From NCBI GenBank assembly GCA_963801605.1, contig CAWDFP010000011.1, positions 64,001 to 128,000 of the forward strand: DNA of 64,000 nucleotides. The letters are read 5' to 3'. Positions 11,101 through 21,139 of the stretch are shown one piece after another (the first letter of the stretch is position 1; every line of letters starts with the position of its first letter). This DNA comes from an uncultured candidate division Zixibacteria bacterium (lineage in GTDB: Bacteria > Zixibacteria > MSB-5A5 > UBA10806). A model generated the notes under the pieces. That model searched no databases. It had not been told where the DNA came from and worked only from the letters and a program-made list of their open reading frames with translations. The position numbers and the translations under genes are program-made.

Positions 11101-14100
11101 CTGCCAGAAATTCGGGGTTCTTAAGGTGAATCGTATATTCGAAATATCCGTTCTGCGTATCGAGCGAATTATTGTTATTGATATCCTCGGTATCGGCACG
11201 GCCCCGCCGGTCGGGATCATCATTGTTTCCCTCGGTACCGTTGATATGAGAATAATCCGGATTATTCGGATTCTGATCGGGATTCCAGATCCAATCATCA
11301 TGATTGGGATCGGGGTTAGTCGCAGCATTATATCCCGGTTCCTGAGGATCAAATACACCATCGAGGCCGGTATCTTCCAGATCGGGCTCGAAAGTTCCAA
11401 TCGAGCCGGCATTTTGCCGATCTTCGCTATCGAGCCGTCCATTGTTGTTGATATCTTCTGAGACAGCCCCAAAATCGAGATTTAACGTCGGGTCCTCATT
11501 TAAATCCACTGAATCGGGATAATACCAAACCTCGATAAACTTCATATCCGTCTGATCGGCTAACCCGGCGAAAAACGGCCTCATGATTCCCGTCCAGGAT
11601 GATTCGGGGGCGGCGAAGGCTGTATCCGGGAAATAATTCAAAAATAAAACATCAATACGGTCGTCTTCTTGCTTTACCGAACGATCAGGCCAGATTTCGG
11701 TCAGACGAAGGGTGGTAATGGGATTATACCACCAGATATCGGATCTTCTTTCCAGAGGATATTTAACGCCGGATGGGTCAAGCGGAGGCGATGCCAGGGT
11801 CCAGATACCGCGCCTGGTGGAAAGATCGGTATAGCTTCTGGCGCCTTCGAAATCATCTATGAAAGCTTCATCCTTGGTATTGGGATTGGGAAAGCTCTGA
11901 GCAACTTCGCCTGTGACCTCAAAAGTGGAGGGAGCATCGGTCTGTATAAATGGCAGGAAGTTTACCATGTTCGTCATAAATTCGGGCTTGAAGTTGAAAT
12001 CGAAATTGCTATCCCAGACAAAACCTTTTTTAGGTTCACGTCCCACGCGCGGCCGAGGATCAGAAGCCGATTCCGAACGATACATGGCGGCCATGGTGAT
12101 ATTGGAATTATCCCAAAGAGAGTACTGCCCGGCCACGCCGAATAAGCTTTTCTTTTCCGGCATGAAGAATGGAGCGTACTCAAAATCTATCGAGACATTT
12201 GCGGCGGGATTCAAGGCTTGATCATTCAGGAAAGTAATCTGCCCGATATCGTAATTGATGTTGTAATCGACATCCCGGCGCAGGACAGTGCCGTCACCAA
12301 GTTTGACAACCTCGGAGTTGGGCATGATGTTGGCGCGGCCCAGGGAGAAAGTCGAAGCACGCGTGGATGTTTTTACATAAATATAATATTTACTGGAATT
12401 AGGCAGGGTAGGAGCATCACGAGGTTCATTGTATATATTGGGCACTCTTTCAGCCTCGGGAAGACTGTCACTGATAAAAGGGAATCTGCTGGGGAAAATG
12501 AGATGGCCCCTGGAGGCGTCGATCTTGGTATTGTTAAAATCGAATATACAATCGGCGCCCGGCGTTTGATTGTTGGTGAGACTATCCAAGCCCAGCAGAG
12601 TAATATAGCAATGGCTGTTCAAGTCTTCGGGATCAGTAATTTGGTCATTGACAGCACCCGTGCCTTTATAAATTTTCAGCTCAAAACCGTCCGGTGAAAT
12701 ATCCCGGGATCCCAAATCGTAGACATTGCGCCACATGCGGTTCCAGGTCGCAAAGGCCGAACTGGCATTATGGTGCTTCAAGAGCTGCAAAACCATAGTG
12801 GTATCGTTCGTGCCCTGATTACGGCGATAATTCAGGTTTCCAATTATGACTGTATCTATTTTCTGGTAGTTGGCCGGATCATGATGATAATATTTAATAT
12901 ATGCTCCTAAATCCTGGCTGGGTTGAATCGGTTTATTCAATACAATGTACCAACCCATGGGGACAACTACATAATCGGCAGGATAGACGGGTGCAAAAGG
13001 AGTATAAATATATTCGCCTCTGTCATATTCCTGGGAAGTCATACAGGGCAGGCTGTCGCAAGGGTTGACCACTGCAATTCCGTAAGGATCATTGGGAGGG
13101 GTGCCCGGCACATAAAGCTCCACCGAAAGGAGTGTATCCTCAGCAGTATGGTTCACATCCAACCAGAAATAAGTGTTGGCCAGATATTCGTAATCGCGAA
13201 TATTATGGGGGGTCCCCTTAGCGCCGGCGCTGATGGTAGATTTCTCGGTGGTTCCCTTTTCCTGACTGGTAATCATTGTGAGATCGAGATTTCCGATACG
13301 GGCGGTCGATTTGATACCGAATAGTCCCTGCACATTTTGAGAGTAACCAATTAGCTGAGCATTTGGCAGCGCTAGATTGGTATTACCGGCCTCGATGGTT
13401 TGAAGGATCTCATCCTCGCCGCCTTTGTAGCGCAGCTTGATGGTATTGGCAAGGTCGACATCGCGCTTGGAGTCCTGGTCAACCTCGACCGTAATCTTCG
13501 AACCGATATTGCCCGTTACCTTGAAACGCGAGGTTTGCTCCATTTGAAGGGTGGGGAATTTCGATTGTTTAAAGGTACCGGTATTCTTAAGACCATCTTC
13601 CCATTCCGAACGACCGGAAAAAGAGATCGACCGCGAGCCGTTGACCTGAATACTCGAGCGGCCCTCGCCGATAATACTGGTCACCGCCTTGGGCGGCTCC
13701 CAGGGAATATCAATACTGACAGCTCCCTTATTGTCGCCGACATCACCCTTGCCGAGAACCGTTCTGAGATCGTTTTGCCACGATTTATTGAGCGCGTACT
13801 GCCGTCTAAAACTCACATAGTTAGAAAGCTTCTCGACCTCAACGGACGGCAACAAGTACTCACCATAATAATCCCTTTGAACGATGTATTCACCGTCAGG
13901 GGAGAAGACTATATCACGTTTGTATTTTAGGGATGAAAACTTAAATAAATAACAAGGAGCGATATCATTAAGTCCCTTGCCGCTGGAGGGAGGACCTTCT
14001 TCCGCTCGAAGTACAAATCTGCTATTAATTTCCAGGGGAACTCTCAGATCACTGATTTCTGTCGCCCGCACCCCGGATGAGATGATCAGGATCGAGAGTA

Positions 14101-14128
14101 AAACGCCTATTCTAGTATACAAAGACAA
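8156..14128 (-). CDS. sprA: SprA/Sov-like large outer-membrane protein (T9SS translocon family)
   Basis: 1990 aa; LQTIEAGN..L......QGLFGIK, Y.INYDIGQITF, AFIDDFEG, DTEDINNN, YYEYR, VWIDEMRV motifs typical of SprA; C-terminal Phe. Confidence 0.88.
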   Translation of the reverse strand: MSLYTRIGVLLSILIISSGVRATEISDLRVPLEINSRFVLRAEEGPPSSGKGLNDIAPCYLFKFSSLKYKRDIVFSPDGEYIVQRDYYGEYLLPSVEVEKLSNYVSFRRQYALNKSWQNDLRTVLGKGDVGDNKGAVSIDIPWEPPKAVTSIIGEGRSSIQVNGSRSISFSGRSEWEDGLKNTGTFKQSKFPTLQMEQTSRFKVTGNIGSKITVEVDQDSKRDVDLANTIKLRYKGGEDEILQTIEAGNTNLALPNAQLIGYSQNVQGLFGIKSTARIGNLDLTMITSQEKGTTEKSTISAGAKGTPHNIRDYEYLANTYFWLDVNHTAEDTLLSVELYVPGTPPNDPYGIAVVNPCDSLPCMTSQEYDRGEYIYTPFAPVYPADYVVVPMGWYIVLNKPIQPSQDLGAYIKYYHHDPANYQKIDTVIIGNLNYRRNQGTNDTTMVLQLLKHHNASSAFATWNRMWRNVYDLGSRDISPDGFELKIYKGTGAVNDQITDPEDLNSHCYITLLGLDSLTNNQTPGADCIFDFNNTKIDASRGHLIFPSRFPFISDSLPEAERVPNIYNEPRDAPTLPNSSKYYIYVKTSTRASTFSLGRANIMPNSEVVKLGDGTVLRRDVDYNINYDIGQITFLNDQALNPAANVSIDFEYAPFFMPEKKSLFGVAGQYSLWDNSNITMAAMYRSESASDPRPRVGREPKKGFVWDSNFDFNFKPEFMTNMVNFLPFIQTDAPSTFEVTGEVAQSFPNPNTKDEAFIDDFEGARSYTDLSTRRGIWTLASPPLDPSGVKYPLERRSDIWWYNPITTLRLTEIWPDRSVKQEDDRIDVLFLNYFPDTAFAAPESSWTGIMRPFFAGLADQTDMKFIEVWYYPDSVDLNEDPTLNLDFGAVSEDINNNGRLDSEDRQNAGSIGTFEPDLEDTGLDGVFDPQEPGYNAATNPDPNHDDWIWNPDQNPNNPDYSHINGTEGNNDDPDRRGRADTEDINNNNSLDTQNGYFEYTIHLKNPEFLADSTRTGWKLLRIPFQDSSVYKVRGISTSADFQRINFARIWFGGGKKAHRMAIASVQLVGNRWLEMPIAFPAGDTLRPEEKFEITIKNTQENSSYYSPPGVAGNLDRSTGIREKEQSLVLAYQNLASGHLSGAYTNLYTPEDYTQYSNLKMYVHGDTITAGRVGDAQLTFFLRLSQDQDARNYYEYRAVLDTGWSQNNWVDIDFAKLTELKYEMLKTPKPDSAPNTWMPDTTDGHYHIHGNPALSQVKTFIVGVEVGGQATELYSGEVWIDEMRVTGVRRKSDFAGRIQATARFSDLMTISGNYNRTGADFTPLAGKAVGSTSIGKALRIDLNPQKFFPPSLGMTIPVSVSWQSNLALPRLKPGSDIILNSAAQQIEKTENKSFSYSISESINRTTNNWLWNLTLNRIRAGYTFSRSEGTSPSNPSDRRDTYRGTGAYDLSPKAKPSFKPFFWTKYLFLPSKFYNSQLFYLPTQLSFTGEVNGSKSSTLNYRGITTSTRVKDLSLNGTTALNLFSTLHAGYNLSSARDIRDPNRFKLSINPSKLKLGREESFTQRFESSFQPKLFNPLENRFSFTSTYAENSDLTRNPDSTRATQMGGTFKTDVTLNLQSLFSFIKAPNRPTPTPPKRPDLPGGGDNPVKGDTTDAQKMRDEAPSLDEPKTGPGIGSPSWMLQRFAGFFRAIKPVKASFMKDRKLTLQGLLGRPSWQYMFGLINDPNVRSKATSGLAGQNQSVFSDDYQLDSGLQPGHGLDINSGYSMRKTKTLSSNTPTFTKSVTFPDIQVNLSGLEKLSLFKKVSNGVTLQTSYSKKVDNNGDASTGELYKRDTGKQWAPLAAISINFLNNVRSSLRYDLIRNISQNLRSEGMTIRDTYGTDKSIKLSFNYSFSAPKGLKLPLLKRVKFNSQLSISLDITLKNSTSESVSGGSRSMDVNRSQTVVEPRINYQFSKAITGGLRARWDDSNDKIQKRKHHIRELGINAEIRF

Positions 14129-14241
14129 CGTACACCCTGCCGCCGTCGGCGGTTTTTAGATGCTACATTCAGTCTTTAGCGAATGTCCCTAAGTCCTCCT
14201 TTGATATTTGGTTTTCATTACGTGCTCGCTGCACGTTCTCG

Positions 14242-15156
14242 CTACGGGTCAATATACAATATTTCCCGTTTTAAATCCAGACCAAACTTCGCCCTGGCAG
14301 CCGCTATCATGTTGGCGACTAAAGTCTTTACATCACTTGAGGTTGCGCCGCCCAAATTGACTACAATATTGCAATGCTTTTCAAAGACAGCGGCCTGGCC
14401 GACTCTCATCCCCCTAACTCCAGCAGCTTCAAGGATTTTTCCCGCTGGAGTAACATTGGTGGGATCTTCAAGCGATCTCAGGTTTTTAAATACCGATCCG
14501 GCTGATCCCAAACCTACCGGATGGTGGTCTTGACGGAATTTCCGCCTCTCATTAATAATATCGGCTAATTTTTGTCTGTTCTCAACTTTTAATACCAGCT
14601 TGACTGTCAATACAACGTCTCCCGAATCCGAAAGGGATGATTTCCTGTACGCGAACTTGAAATGATTATTATCGACAATGGCAATTTGACCGTCATGAGT
14701 GTAAAGCACGGCGCTTCGAAGGATTTCGTTGATGGCATGACCAAAGGCTCCGGCATTACCATAAACCGCTCCGCCGATCGTGCCCCGGATTCCGGCTGCA
14801 TATTCGAGTCCTCCCAGTCCGGCCTCCAGAGCGGCATCAACCATCTTATCGACCACCGCGCCCGATTGAGCGGACATTCCATCGGGATAGACCCTAAATT
14901 TCGCGCACTCGTCCTTGATGATAAGCCCGGTATATCCGAGATCATCAAAAAGGATATTCGATCCGCCGCCAAGAACAAAAAACTTGATGCCCAGATCGCG
15001 CGCGGCCCGCACTGCTCTGATTATTTCGGTCGGGGTTTTCGCTACGAAAAAGAAGTTAGCTGGTCCGCCGATTCCGAAACTGGCATACGGCGCCAGGATT
15101 ACATTCTGCTCCACGCGGCCATCGAGCTTGCTATTCAAAATTTCTGCACTTGTCAT
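14242..15156 (-). CDS. murB: UDP-N-acetylmuramate dehydrogenase
   Basis: FGIGGPA, LGGGSNILF, GI.GTIGGAVYGNAGA, F.YR.S, SAGSVFKN, KHCNIVVN; start position uncertain. Confidence 0.93.
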   Translation of the reverse strand: MTSAEILNSKLDGRVEQNVILAPYASFGIGGPANFFFVAKTPTEIIRAVRAARDLGIKFFVLGGGSNILFDDLGYTGLIIKDECAKFRVYPDGMSAQSGAVVDKMVDAALEAGLGGLEYAAGIRGTIGGAVYGNAGAFGHAINEILRSAVLYTHDGQIAIVDNNHFKFAYRKSSLSDSGDVVLTVKLVLKVENRQKLADIINERRKFRQDHHPVGLGSAGSVFKNLRSLEDPTNVTPAGKILEAAGVRGMRVGQAAVFEKHCNIVVNLGGATSSDVKTLVANMIAAARAKFGLDLKREILYIDP

Positions 15157-15179
15157 TACCACGAAAAAAACTTCACTTT

Positions 15180-16764
15180 CTAATTTTCCGGATTCCATTC
15201 CATATTGGCGAGTTTCAAGAGCGAAATAGCCAGGGAGATGGCCAAAAATCCGCAGGACACCAGTAACATAAAGATTATCGGACTTATGAAACCTGATAGA
15301 AACCGCGAGACCAGATAGACCAATCCGTAAAGTCCAAATCCGCTGAACATCATCAAAAGAGCATAAAGAAAGGCTCCGCCGCCCTTAAGCATTCGTCGGG
15401 GATGTTCCCAGCTGAAATTGGCAAAGAAAATTCCCAGAGGCAAACCCATTGATAGCCCAACCCATGCAAAGCCAATCATAAATAGAATGACGATAGGGTC
15501 TGTTATTCGTCCGGTTACGAAATGAATAATCCCAACCAGGGCGGAAAATACTGTTACAAAGATTAGGCCGATTATCGTTTTGCTTAATATCGTCAGGTTG
15601 CGGCCATTTGGAGTTGACATATTCTGCCAGAAACCAAGCCTCTCCATGGGAATCAGGCGACTGCCGATCTGTCCGCCGAAAAAGGCCGCGAAAAGAGCGG
15701 TTACCGGCGAAAGCGAAAGTTTGGTCAGGCCTGCAAGTTCATCTTTACCGGTAACGTAAGGATAGAGCAGAAGAAACACCAACATTATCAAGCTTTGCGT
15801 CACAACGCCCGGGCTCGCGCCAGAAAATCGCGAGATCTCGTCTGATATGAGCCATGAGAGGTGAGCCTCCCATGCTAATCCCGGATATCGCCGCTGACGG
15901 TAACGCGACTTCTTCACCAATACCGTTAGCATAATGACGGGAAATCAGGATTAGCGCGATATAGATTAATGCCATTGAAACTATCGCCAGTATTCCCATG
16001 AATGCCAGGCTTTGTCCCCAATGTCCGAAGGCCGCTTCCTTTGTAGCGCCATAAGCCCATCCCGACGGCAGCCATTTGAGTATCGGCGACGATACATATT
16101 TGGCCATTCCCTCAAATGGTATATTCATATCGGGTGTTTCCGATGAAAAACGGCCGTTGAAACGGTTCATGAACGCCCAGAAAATAACACCAATCAAGCT
16201 TCCGATAATCGTGATTGCGGTTTTGAGTCTTGCTTTGGGAATTCTGCGGCTTAAAAATGATGCGATAATAATACCCAGCGCCCCGGGTATTACGGCCATT
16301 AGAGTTGCTACAATGATCACTATAAAATAATAGGGAAATGCGGCGTGGTAATGAAGACCCAGAGTGATCATAGTGGGCACAATCAGGAGAAAGGAGAATC
16401 GCATATTCTGATAGGTGGCATCTGTGATTTTGTAGATGAATATGTCGCGCGGCTTGATAGGCATAGTTAACAGCAGCTTTAAGTCATTCGAGAAAAAGAT
16501 GGTGAGTATCGCCATCGATAGACCCCAGAAGCACAGCCACATAAACATGCCGTGAAAAAGCATGGCAGTCAGGAAATCTATAAATTTCTCACCCTGCTCA
16601 GGGTTTATTTTGGCAAATTCATATATTCCGATAAAAAAGCTGATAAAGGCAAATGCCACAGCTAATAAAGCAAAAAGGAATAACAGGGTCTGTCCGACTT
16701 TTTTGCCTCCCTTAAACATCGAGAGAAGCATTTTTAAACGATATTTAATGAGGGTGAGGATCAT
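15180..16764 (-). CDS. ABC exporter permease, split by a frameshift near 15810
   Basis: Two overlapping hydrophobic ORFs (15745-16764, 15180-15932) join as ...DLAIFWREP/GVVTQSL...; DLKLLLTMPI and WLPSGW motifs; next to an ABC ATPase. Confidence 0.75.
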
Positions 16765-16864
16765 AACGATTATTTATAATGTTCCGATATTGCCTATCTT
16801 TTTGTGGTAGATTGCAGGTTGGGTTTCTCACTCGGTCAAGACCCTTGCTCGAAACCTGACTTAC

Positions 16865-17627
16865 CTAATTCTTCAAATACTTAACAACCTCATCATATTC
16901 GGAACCGCCGGTGAGCTCGATAAATAACTCCTCCAATGTCGAGCCTTCTTTGGCGTTGCTTTTGAGCTCGGCTGTCGGTCCGCTGACCACAATCTTGCCT
17001 TTATTTATGATATAAAGATTGTTGCACATGCTTTCGGCGATTTCGAGAATATGAGTGGAAAAAAGGATGGCGCAACCGCCTCTCGACAATTCGAGCATGA
17101 TATCTTTAATCTTGCGCGTTGCCCGGGGATCGAGCCCTCCGGTAGGTTCGTCAAGAAGCAGCACCTCGGGACGATGCAGCACCGCGGCCGCCAGCGAAAC
17201 TTTCTGCTTGGTTCCGTGTGAGAGCGAAGAAATAAGTTTTTTACATTGATCGCCGAGATCGAACAACTCCACCAAATCGCGAAATCCTTTTTTTCGCCAG
17301 GCCTTTCTCAAGTCGGAATACCTCGGCGGTAAAATTGAAAAACTCGGTTGGAGTCAGTTTATCATAGAGATTCGGAATATCCGGCACATACCCGACCTGT
17401 GATTTAGCCCGGATGGGATCGCCCTCGAGATCGAATCCGGCGATATTGATCTTGCCGCTATCGGGCTTGAGCAGGCCGATCAGCATCTTAAGAGTGGTGG
17501 TTTTGCCGGCGCCGTTAGGGCCTAAAAAGCCAACGATCTCTCCGGCCTGTACTTTAAGGCTGACATCATCGACAGCCCTGAGTTTACCGTAGGTTTTTGA
17601 AAGATTTTCCGCCGATAGCTTAATCAT
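16865..17627 (-). CDS. ABC transporter ATP-binding protein, split by a frameshift near 17283
   Basis: Walker A GPNGAGKTT in 17241-17627; LSHG signature, LLLDEP and STH in 16865-17311. Confidence 0.9.
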
Positions 17628-17974
17628 TCCTTATTTTCCTGATCGGGTTCGTCGGGTTTTGGTGTTTCGCTTTTTTCTTCTTTTTTATCCGGCCCCTTTT
17701 TTAACTCATCGAGATAATTTAACCTGAGTTCATAGAGCACGTGCTGCAAATATTTATCTTCGCTTTCGGTCAGGTTGCCTTTGGTCTTGGCCTCCAGCAT
17801 GCCCAGCATATCGATCGAATGCTTGGCCATCTCGATGTCGCGTTCTATTTTGCCGCTGATTACGCTGGGCACTTTTCCCAACTGCTGCCAGGCGGCCGCC
17901 TGAAATGAGAGCACAAGCTGGGTAAACATTAGCTCGTGGCTAAAATCTCCCGATGCCGATTTCTCATCATTCAT
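17624..17974 (-). CDS. DUF1844-like protein
   Basis: QQLGK......ERDIEMAKHSIDMLGMLEAKTKGNLT..E motif; ATG at 17974 follows the upstream small gene. Confidence 0.8.
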   Translation of the reverse strand: MNDEKSASGDFSHELMFTQLVLSFQAAAWQQLGKVPSVISGKIERDIEMAKHSIDMLGMLEAKTKGNLTESEDKYLQHVLYELRLNYLDELKKGPDKKEEKSETPKPDEPDQENKE

Positions 17975-17978
17975 AATA

Positions 17979-18161
17979 TCAGCCTTTCTTTGCAAGTCTG
18001 ACTGCAATTGCCAGCTTATGCTGTAAATCCATGAGGTCGGCCTCGATTTGTTTGAGCAGCCTCTGCAAATCGAGATCGCCGGCGTCATCGATCATGCTGC
18101 GTACCTGATCAGCCACATTTTTGGCGCCATTTAAGGCGTCCTGAAGTTTTTCACTTTTCAT
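17979..18161 (-). CDS. Small helical hypothetical protein (60 aa)
   Basis: Fills the gap between recG and DUF1844; GGGGA RBS; amphipathic helical sequence. Confidence 0.65.
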   Translation of the reverse strand: MKSEKLQDALNGAKNVADQVRSMIDDAGDLDLQRLLKQIEADLMDLQHKLAIAVRLAKKG

Positions 18162-18187
18162 AATCCTATCCCCTTTATTCCCGAATA

Positions 18188-20314
18188 TTATCCTATTTTA
18201 GCAAATTTTAGCCGTCCACCCAACCTTTTTTTCAAAATGCTTTTAATTTCGATATTTCCCGGTTTGATAAGGGAGGGATCATCCTCCACCATCTCAAACG
18301 CCAGACGACGCGCCAACTCCACCAAACGGGTATCCGTTATACGTGCCACTCGCAAATCCGGAAGGCCATGCTGACGGGTACCCAGAACCTCGCCGGGGCC
18401 TCGGATTTCGAGGTCAGCCTCCGCAATTTTGAAACCATCGGTGCTCGATACGATAACCTCAATCCTCTTTTTGCCCTCGTCGCCGGTCCGTTCGCCGGAT
18501 AGAATAAAGCAGTATGATTGTACGCCCGAGCGGCCAACTCGTCCTCGAAGCTGATGAAGCTGCGATAGGCCAAATCGCTCGCCGTGTTCGATTACCATGA
18601 CATTGGCCGATTTAACGTCAAGCCCGACCTCAACGATTGTAGTGGATACCAGGATATCAATCTTTCGTTCCTTAAAATCGGTCATGACCGAAAGCTTTTC
18701 CTGACTGGTGAGCTTGCCATGCAACAGGCCGAGGCGCAATTTTGGAAATACCTTTTTTAACGATTCATAGCCTTGCGTCGCCGCCTTAAGATCGGATTTC
18801 TCGGTCTCCTCGATCAGAGGATAGACGATATAAATCGAACTGCCAACGCTGACTTTTTTGCGGATGAAATCGTACATCCAGCGGCGACGATCCTCCGGAA
18901 TATATTCGGTGGCAATTGGAATCCGTTCCGGCGGCATTTCGTCGATGACTGAGACATCGAGATCGCCGTAGACTGTCATGGCGAGAGTCCGCGGGATTGG
19001 AGTGGCGGTCATGACAAGAATATCAGGATTTTTCCCCTTAGTTTGGAGAAGCGCCCGCTGCATGACACCGAACCGATGCTGCTCGTCTATGACCACAAAG
19101 CCAAGTTTAGCAAAAGTGATCTTCTTTTCGATCAGAGCATGCGTTCCGATTACGACCGCATATTCGCCGGATGCAATTTTGGTCGTCGCTTCCTTGCGAG
19201 CTTGACCTTTTACCGAACTTGTCAGGAGTGTTACCTCAATGCCAAGCGGACGCAATAACTCCGATATAGAATAGTAATGCTGCTCGGCCAATATTTCCGT
19301 AGGCGCCATAATTGCAGCCTGGTAACCGGATTCAATAGCGCCCAACATAGCCAGTACTGCAACTATCGTTTTGCCGGAGCCAACATCGCCTTGAAGCAAA
19401 CGGTTCATCTGATAGGGAGCGGCCATATCGACATAAATTTGATTTAATACTTTTACTTGAGATTTGGTGAGTTTGAATCCCAGGCTATCGAGAAGTTTGC
19501 GGCCATTCTTTTTGGGTGGACCCAGCATTATCCCGTTGGTTTTCTGACGGCGCTTTTTGTGCCGTCCGGCCATGATAAGCTCGAGATAGAACAACTCCTC
19601 AAACGCCAGCCTCTGACGGCCGGATTCGGCCATCTCCATCGTATCCGGAAAATGCGCTTGCTGAATAGCGCGATCCAGGCCGGCCAGGCCGTATTGCTGA
19701 CGCCATTGTTCGGGAATTGTTTCGCAGGGATGCTCTGTCAGATGGTCTAAGGCAGGCTTTATTATTCGTCTGAGCGCTCGCGAGCTGAGGCCATTTTCAC
19801 GAAGGCCGGCATTTCCCGGATAGATCGGAATCAGCCGTCCGGTATGGATAGTCTCGTCCTCTGCCGAATCTACAACTTCAAACTCAGGATGCGGAATATA
19901 AAGCCGTCCATACATTCGCACGGTGCCGGAAGCGCAAACGATATCACCCTCGGCAAAAGCGTCAACGAGATAGCGATAACCGTTAAACCAGATCAACTCG
20001 ATATAGCCGGTGTTATCTTCTATAATGGCGATGAATCGTCTTTGACGGCCCTGTGCGATTCCGCTGGCCGATATCTTGCCCAACACTGTAACTGACATAC
20101 CCTCGGAGAGGGCGTTCATGGGGACGATCAGCGAGCGGTCTACATACTTTCGAGGGACATAATAGAAGAGGTCAAATACTGTGGAGATGCCGTTTTGCCG
20201 AAGAATATCTCCCTTTTTGGGGCCGACGCCTTTAAGATATTGGATATCGGAAAAAAGATAATCAAGGCCCGGCTTGGAGCCTCCCATGTTGCTTGCAGGG
20301 CTTTTGACTGACAT
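18188..20314 (-). CDS. recG: ATP-dependent DNA helicase RecG
   Basis: LKGVGP, MNRLLQGDVGSGKT, DEQHRFG, MTATPIPRT, QLHQLRGRVGR, DGFKIAEADL.RGPG. Confidence 0.97.
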   Translation of the reverse strand: MSVKSPASNMGGSKPGLDYLFSDIQYLKGVGPKKGDILRQNGISTVFDLFYYVPRKYVDRSLIVPMNALSEGMSVTVLGKISASGIAQGRQRRFIAIIEDNTGYIELIWFNGYRYLVDAFAEGDIVCASGTVRMYGRLYIPHPEFEVVDSAEDETIHTGRLIPIYPGNAGLRENGLSSRALRRIIKPALDHLTEHPCETIPEQWRQQYGLAGLDRAIQQAHFPDTMEMAESGRQRLAFEELFYLELIMAGRHKKRRQKTNGIMLGPPKKNGRKLLDSLGFKLTKSQVKVLNQIYVDMAAPYQMNRLLQGDVGSGKTIVAVLAMLGAIESGYQAAIMAPTEILAEQHYYSISELLRPLGIEVTLLTSSVKGQARKEATTKIASGEYAVVIGTHALIEKKITFAKLGFVVIDEQHRFGVMQRALLQTKGKNPDILVMTATPIPRTLAMTVYGDLDVSVIDEMPPERIPIATEYIPEDRRRWMYDFIRKKVSVGSSIYIVYPLIEETEKSDLKAATQGYESLKKVFPKLRLGLLHGKLTSQEKLSVMTDFKERKIDILVSTTIVEVGLDVKSANVMVIEHGERFGLSQLHQLRGRVGRSGVQSYCFILSGERTGDEGKKRIEVIVSSTDGFKIAEADLEIRGPGEVLGTRQHGLPDLRVARITDTRLVELARRLAFEMVEDDPSLIKPGNIEIKSILKKRLGGRLKFAKIG

Positions 20315-20616
20315 AGACTTATAGTAGGATTATATACGCTTCGTGTCAAGTTGGATAGTGGTTGATATATAAAGCGAGCGGCCAACTTGCATCAAAATCC
20401 GTATCGTAGCTCAGTTCCGCTCGGACCTGAGAGTTTGACGGGCTCAGCAAAAATTTGAAGCACTAAATTTCATTTAAAATCCTTGCCATCCCAATTTGAA
20501 TTCTTATATTACAAGTCTGATTTTGGAGGGCAAGAAGTTTTAGGTCGGGTTCCGAGTGACCCCGATCCTATCGGGAGAGAAGGAAACCCGGCACATTCTC
20601 ACGGCGGAGGACGAAG

Positions 20617-20802
20617 ATGTCACAGATTTGCGAAATATGCGGAAAAAAGCCAGGTATCGGTCATTCGGTCAGCAAGGCTCACAACCTAACCATGAGACGA
20701 TTCAATATCAATCTCAAATCGGTAAACGCCAGAGTTAACGGCAAGCCGAAGCGCGTGCGAGTTTGCACCAGTTGTCTCAAAGCCGGCAAGATCACCAAGT
20801 AA
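20617..20802 (+). CDS. rpmB: 50S ribosomal protein L28 (Zn-ribbon form)
   Basis: MSQICEICGKKP..GHSVS.AHN.T.RRF..NL...VCTSCLK; GGAGG RBS. Confidence 0.96.
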   Translation: MSQICEICGKKPGIGHSVSKAHNLTMRRFNINLKSVNARVNGKPKRVRVCTSCLKAGKITK

Positions 20803-20855
20803 CCCGCAATAATAAGCTATCGATATTTCAGAATTAGTCTGAGATATAAAGTATG

Positions 20856-20889
20856 CCCCGACCGTAACCAGGTTGGGGTTTTTCTTTTT
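20856..20889 (+). terminator. Intrinsic terminator after rpmB
   Basis: GCCCCGACC...GGTTGGGGT hairpin followed by a T tract. Confidence 0.65.
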
Positions 20890-20977
20890 ATATCCGGCGT
20901 TGATATACTTATAACATGCTTACCACTCCGATAAAATCGGGGCCGTGCCAAGCCTACCACCCCATCTACGCTCCCCT

Positions 20978-21085
20978 TGTGTCAATCCTGACACAGCGCT
21001 TCGCTTTTGACACAGCTTTAGCTCGTCATCTGTGCAGTTAACTCGTTATCCGTCAACGCTATAAATTTCTGGCACGGTATTTGAC
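20978..21085 (+). promoter_or_regulatory. Candidate enhancer palindrome plus sigma54-like promoter
   Basis: TGTGTCA-N4-TGACACA at 20978-20995; TGGCACGGTATTTGAC at 21070-21085 (-12 element imperfect). Confidence 0.4.
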
Positions 21086-21139
21086 CTATTGTTAGGCGAA
21101 ATATGAAAATACCCCAAAATTTTGATTAACGGAGGACTT

